Below, in pieces: positions 59,903 through 64,000 of a stretch of 64,000 nucleotides of DNA. The DNA is from Piromyces finnis finn (Eukaryota; Fungi; Neocallimastigomycota). Numbering within the stretch: position 1 is the first letter of the stretch; every line of letters begins with the position of its first letter. Below the pieces are notes generated by a model. That model was not told the DNA's origin, made no database searches, and was given only the letters and a program-made list of their open reading frames with translations. Position numbers and translations under genes: made by a program. Where the stretch lies: NCBI GenBank assembly GCA_002104945.1, contig MCFH01000068.1:1-64000 (forward strand), read 5' to 3'.

Positions 59903-60434
59903 TGTAAAGTAGACACAAAGAGAATAGATTAGATTAGGATATCTATTCTATTACAATAACACTAAAGATTTAAATAAAATTGTTTTATTAAAAAATATCT
60001 TTTATTATAATAGAAATTATATTAATAACAATTACATCGATAAAATGATGAAAAATATCTTCTATTTATATTTTTCCTAAATACATTTATATTATATTAT
60101 AACTATTTATTTCTTATATATTATTATTTAAAATCTACACTAAAATCTTAATTATTAATAAATATTTAAACTATAACTATTTTTAGTAAAATACAATTGG
60201 CAATTCAAATTAAGTACTATTCAATTTGAATATGTGCCCATGTATTATTGATATATTAAACATTTAATAATTATATACTAGATGTCTATTTCTATTACAA
60301 AACAATACTAAAACTAGGGGTTTGAATTGAGAATTTTAATTTATTTGTTAAACATTAAAAATAAATTACTAATTTATTTTGTTTTAAACTTTAATTATTA
60401 ATAAATAAATTATGTCCCATTTTCTTTTTCTGTA
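59903..60434 (-). mobile_element. Partial LTR family A, interrupted by E8
   Basis: Matches 50314-50840. Confidence 0.88.
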
Positions 60435-63400
60435 TGTAACGTGTATCTATATAAAAATTTACTAATATATGAATTAATAAAATTTATATAGAAAAATATT
60501 ATTTATTTCCCTATAGGTTGATATAATTTGTTTAATTTTATTAGAAAATTTTTTTATTATTAATTATTTTTATTTTTAAAAATTAAAGTTACAAGTTAAT
60601 AAAAACACACCATTTAGTTTTTTGATTCAAACCACTTCTATTTATACTTTTTTTAAATCTGAAGTGGCTAAATAAAAAATTAAATTTTCTTTCGAAATTA
60701 TTCTTTAAATTAATTAAAAATTACATAAAATGAATCCCGTGATAAAAATACAATAAATATTTAATTTTTCGAATATTCGAACTTATTCTTTTTTCGAATA
60801 AGTTCTATAAGTCATAAATTAAATTATTAAATAAATAATTTAAAATAAAATTTAGATCAGGGTGTGAGACGAACCCGAGTGATCTAGATTGATGTCTTAA
60901 ATACTAACCATTAAGACAATATTAAATTTCTAATAGATTCGTTACATGGTCCTCCTCCAGGATTCGGATACCAGACGAATCTTTGGATTCATTTTATGTT
61001 TTATTAAATAATTTTTTAAACTATATAACTACTATATAATTAAACTATACTAATTGAATTACAATAAAAATAATTTTTTTTTTCATATTATACATTTGAT
61101 ATTAAATACATGCTTATAGTAAGTTTAAAATTAAAGAAAATTTAAAATTTTTTTTTTTTTTTTTTTTTAAGAATAAAATTAAAAATAAAATTAAAATAAA
61201 TTAAAAATAAAGTTTCTGTTAGAATCATTTCTTTTCGTTAAATTCCTTAAGTAGCTCTGGACAATTCAAATTATTTTCTGGCTCCCAGGATGCTTCAGAT
61301 ATCGGGTATCCTTTCCATTTAATTAGGTATTGGACTTTACCATAATATCTTCTTTTGTCCAATATCTCCTCAACTTCAAATTCTTCATTATTATCCACAA
61401 TAACTAGTGGAGGTTGCGGTTGCTTTCTTTTGAACTTATCTTCATGGTAGGGTTCCAATTCTGAAACGTGGATGACTGGATGAATACGAATTTCTTTTGG
61501 TAACTCCAATTTGAAAGAAACTGGAGAAATTTTTTCAATTACTCTGTACGGACCAAGTTTTCTAGGTTTTAGCTTCTTATTGCCATTCCGCAATATTAGA
61601 GAACTGTTGATCCAGACCTTATCATTTACCTTGAGTTCAGGAGCTTTACATCTATGTTTGTTTGCAAATTTTTCTTGTTGATCAATGGATTTCTTTAAGT
61701 TATCTTTAAGAGTTTTAATTATTTCTTTGAAATTTCTTGTAAATTCATCCGCAATTGGTACATCGGTACGACTTGGTAAGATTGGAGAATGTTTCGGATT
61801 ATAGCCATAGTTAGCAAAAAATGGTGAAGTTTTAGTAGATTCTTGAACGGCATTGTTGTAACTGAATTCGGCAAGATGTAAGAATTTGTACCAATTGGAA
61901 CCTTTATAATTTGAGTAACACCTTAAGTATTGTTCTACAACGGAGTTTACCCTCTCCGTCAGCCCGTTTATTTGGTGGTGGTAGGATGAAGAAAATTTTA
62001 GGTTTATATCGAAAGATTTACAAATAGAATTCCAGAATTTAGAGGTGAATTGAGTACCTCTATCCGAAAAAATTTCATTTGGTAATCCGTGGAAACGAAA
62101 AACGTTGATCATGAAAGCATCAGCAGTATCGGAGGTAGAAGGAATGTTCTCAAAAGGAATAAAATGACATAATTTAGTTAATCTATCAGTGACAACGAGA
62201 ATGCAAGTATACTTTTGAGAAGGTGGAAGATCCGTAATAAAGTCCATAGATACGGAAGACCAAGGACGTTCAGCAATTTCCAAAGGAGAAAGAAATCCAT
62301 AAGGTTTTTGTCGAGAGTCCTTTGAACGGCAGCATATTTCACAAGACTTTACATATTCTTTAACATCAACAGAGAGAAAAGGCCACCAAAAGTCACGAAC
62401 AATAAGTGAAGTAGTTTTCTTCAGTCCGAAGTGTCCAGCGGAGGGTGAGTCGTGACAAATCTTAAGAACTTCCAAACGACAATCATGAGAGACATAGATC
62501 CTATCATTGAATAATAATACACCATCTTGAATTTTAAAGTTTTCGATTTGCGAATGAGGTATTGGTGGAATTTGAGTTTCTAAGTACTTGCATACTTCAA
62601 AGTAGAATTTATCATCTTTGCTATTTGAAATGATTTTGTCCATAAGGGGGTTGTTATCTAGAACCAGGGCACAAAAGTTTTCATGTCTAAGAACGGAATT
62701 TGGAGAATCATTGGAATCCTTAAAGTTTTCTAAGTAATCTGGTCTTCTGGATAAAGCGTCAGGTTTACCATTAGCAGAACCCGACCGATAGACGATAATG
62801 AAGTTAAACTCGGTAAGAAACAGAGACCAACGAACTAATCTTTGGGTCATTTTTTCGGGTTTCTTCTGGTAGAGCAAATTCCTGTGATCCGAGAAAATTT
62901 TGAAAGGCTGAGCAGTCCCCTTGAGTAAATGACGCCAATTTTCTAAAGCAGCTACAATTGCTAAAAGTTCTTTATCGTAGATCGGATAGTTCCTTTCAGA
63001 AGAACTAAGCGATCTAGAGAAGAATGCTACAGGGTGAACAGAATTGTCTTTTGGATTCGTTTGGGAAAGGATGGCTCCTATAGCAAAATTACTTGCATCC
63101 GTTTCAACCATGAAAGGTATATCGCGATTCGGGTATGCAAGAACAGGAGAAGAAGCAAACTTAGTTTTGATTATATTGAATGAATTCTCACACTCATGAG
63201 AGAAGCAGAATTTAACATCCTTTTTAAGTAATGCATTAAGTGGTTGTGCAAGATCAGCAAAACCTGCAATGAATCTTCTATAATAATTAGCTAACCCAAG
63301 AAATGCTTGAACTTCTTTAACGTTTCTAGGAGTTGGCCATTCCAGGATAGATGCAATCTTCTTTGGATCCATTAAAATACCATCAGACGATATACGATGA

Positions 63401-64000
63401 CCTAAAAAATCGATAAATGGGACAAAAAACTCACATTTTTCAAGTTTTGCATAAAGTCCCGCTTTTCTAAGTCTGTTAAGTACTTCTTTGACTTGCATAA
63501 CATGTGTTTCAAAATTTTCCGAAAAAATAATTAAGTCATCAATATAACTGAAGACAAATACTCCCAAGATTCCATCAAGCACATCATTAATGAAATGTTG
63601 GAATACTGCAGGCGCGTTCTTCAAACCAAACGGCATTACAGTATATTCAAAGTGTCCATATTTGCAAGTAAAAGCAGTTTTGAATTCATCACCTTCTTTT
63701 ATCCTCACAAGATTGTAAGCTGATCTTAAATCAAGTTTGGAGAAGATGTTGCTTTTACCTAAGTGCTCCAACATATCGTTAATTAGTGGTAAAGGGTAGG
63801 AATCACGGACTGTGATTTCATTCAATTTCCTATAATCTTGACAGAGACGTAGTTCATCATTTTTTTTTGGAACAAAGAGCACTGGGGCACCTGCCGGTGA
63901 TTTTGAAGGTCTAATGAAACCTTTTCGCAAATTTTCATCAATATATTCCTTCAATACCATTGATTCTTTATCCGTTAAGGGATAAATTGGTCCATGTAAA
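60435..64000 (-). mobile_element. Element E8: chromovirus related to E3, 3' LTR family N (60435-60946), runs off the window
   Basis: LTR TGTAACGAATC...GTTACA; PPT GGAGGAGGACCA. Confidence 0.92.
61225..63960 (-). CDS. E8 Pol, uninterrupted (RT, RNase H, integrase, canonical chromodomain); 5' part outside the window
   Basis: [51 protein letters not shown]. Confidence 0.93.
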   Translation of the reverse strand: MVLKEYIDENLRKGFIRPSKSPAGAPVLFVPKKNDELRLCQDYRKLNEITVRDSYPLPLINDMLEHLGKSNIFSKLDLRSAYNLVRIKEGDEFKTAFTCKYGHFEYTVMPFGLKNAPAVFQHFINDVLDGILGVFVFSYIDDLIIFSENFETHVMQVKEVLNRLRKAGLYAKLEKCEFFVPFIDFLGHRISSDGILMDPKKIASILEWPTPRNVKEVQAFLGLANYYRRFIAGFADLAQPLNALLKKDVKFCFSHECENSFNIIKTKFASSPVLAYPNRDIPFMVETDASNFAIGAILSQTNPKDNSVHPVAFFSRSLSSSERNYPIYDKELLAIVAALENWRHLLKGTAQPFKIFSDHRNLLYQKKPEKMTQRLVRWSLFLTEFNFIIVYRSGSANGKPDALSRRPDYLENFKDSNDSPNSVLRHENFCALVLDNNPLMDKIISNSKDDKFYFEVCKYLETQIPPIPHSQIENFKIQDGVLLFNDRIYVSHDCRLEVLKICHDSPSAGHFGLKKTTSLIVRDFWWPFLSVDVKEYVKSCEICCRSKDSRQKPYGFLSPLEIAERPWSSVSMDFITDLPPSQKYTCILVVTDRLTKLCHFIPFENIPSTSDTADAFMINVFRFHGLPNEIFSDRGTQFTSKFWNSICKSFDINLKFSSSYHHQINGLTERVNSVVEQYLRCYSNYKGSNWYKFLHLAEFSYNNAVQESTKTSPFFANYGYNPKHSPILPSRTDVPIADEFTRNFKEIIKTLKDNLKKSIDQQEKFANKHRCKAPELKVNDKVWINSSLILRNGNKKLKPRKLGPYRVIEKISPVSFKLELPKEIRIHPVIHVSELEPYHEDKFKRKQPQPPLVIVDNNEEFEVEEILDKRRYYGKVQYLIKWKGYPISEASWEPENNLNCPELLKEFNEKK

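Overview
Very AT-rich eukaryotic DNA, most like an early-diverging fungus such as an anaerobic gut fungus (taxon is inference). About 90% of the window is a nested retrotransposon cluster. Positions 1-8 kb hold three APE-type LINE pieces, preceded by a ~720-bp fold-back duplication. Positions 8-51 kb and 57-64 kb hold Ty3/gypsy chromoviruses and solo LTRs from at least 10 LTR families (my labels A-N), stacked up to 4-5 levels deep. Three elements are full length, with visually identical LTR pairs and 5-bp TSDs: 17418-29066, 18506-24702 and 31451-38256. The only clear host gene is an intronless malic enzyme (53039-54685, minus), next to an orphan membrane/coiled-coil ORF. Two less obvious patterns stand out. 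(1) All three full-length families lack a tRNA PBS and instead carry an exact 11-nt PBS complementary to a site in their own LTR, as in Tf1 self-priming. (2) Several families carry tRNA-like A-box/B-box modules in their LTR, leader or 3' UTR, and other LTR elements have repeatedly inserted 65-77 nt upstream of those B boxes. This suggests the elements carry their own Pol III-type landing pads (hypothesis). Coordinates were read by eye and may be off by a few bases.
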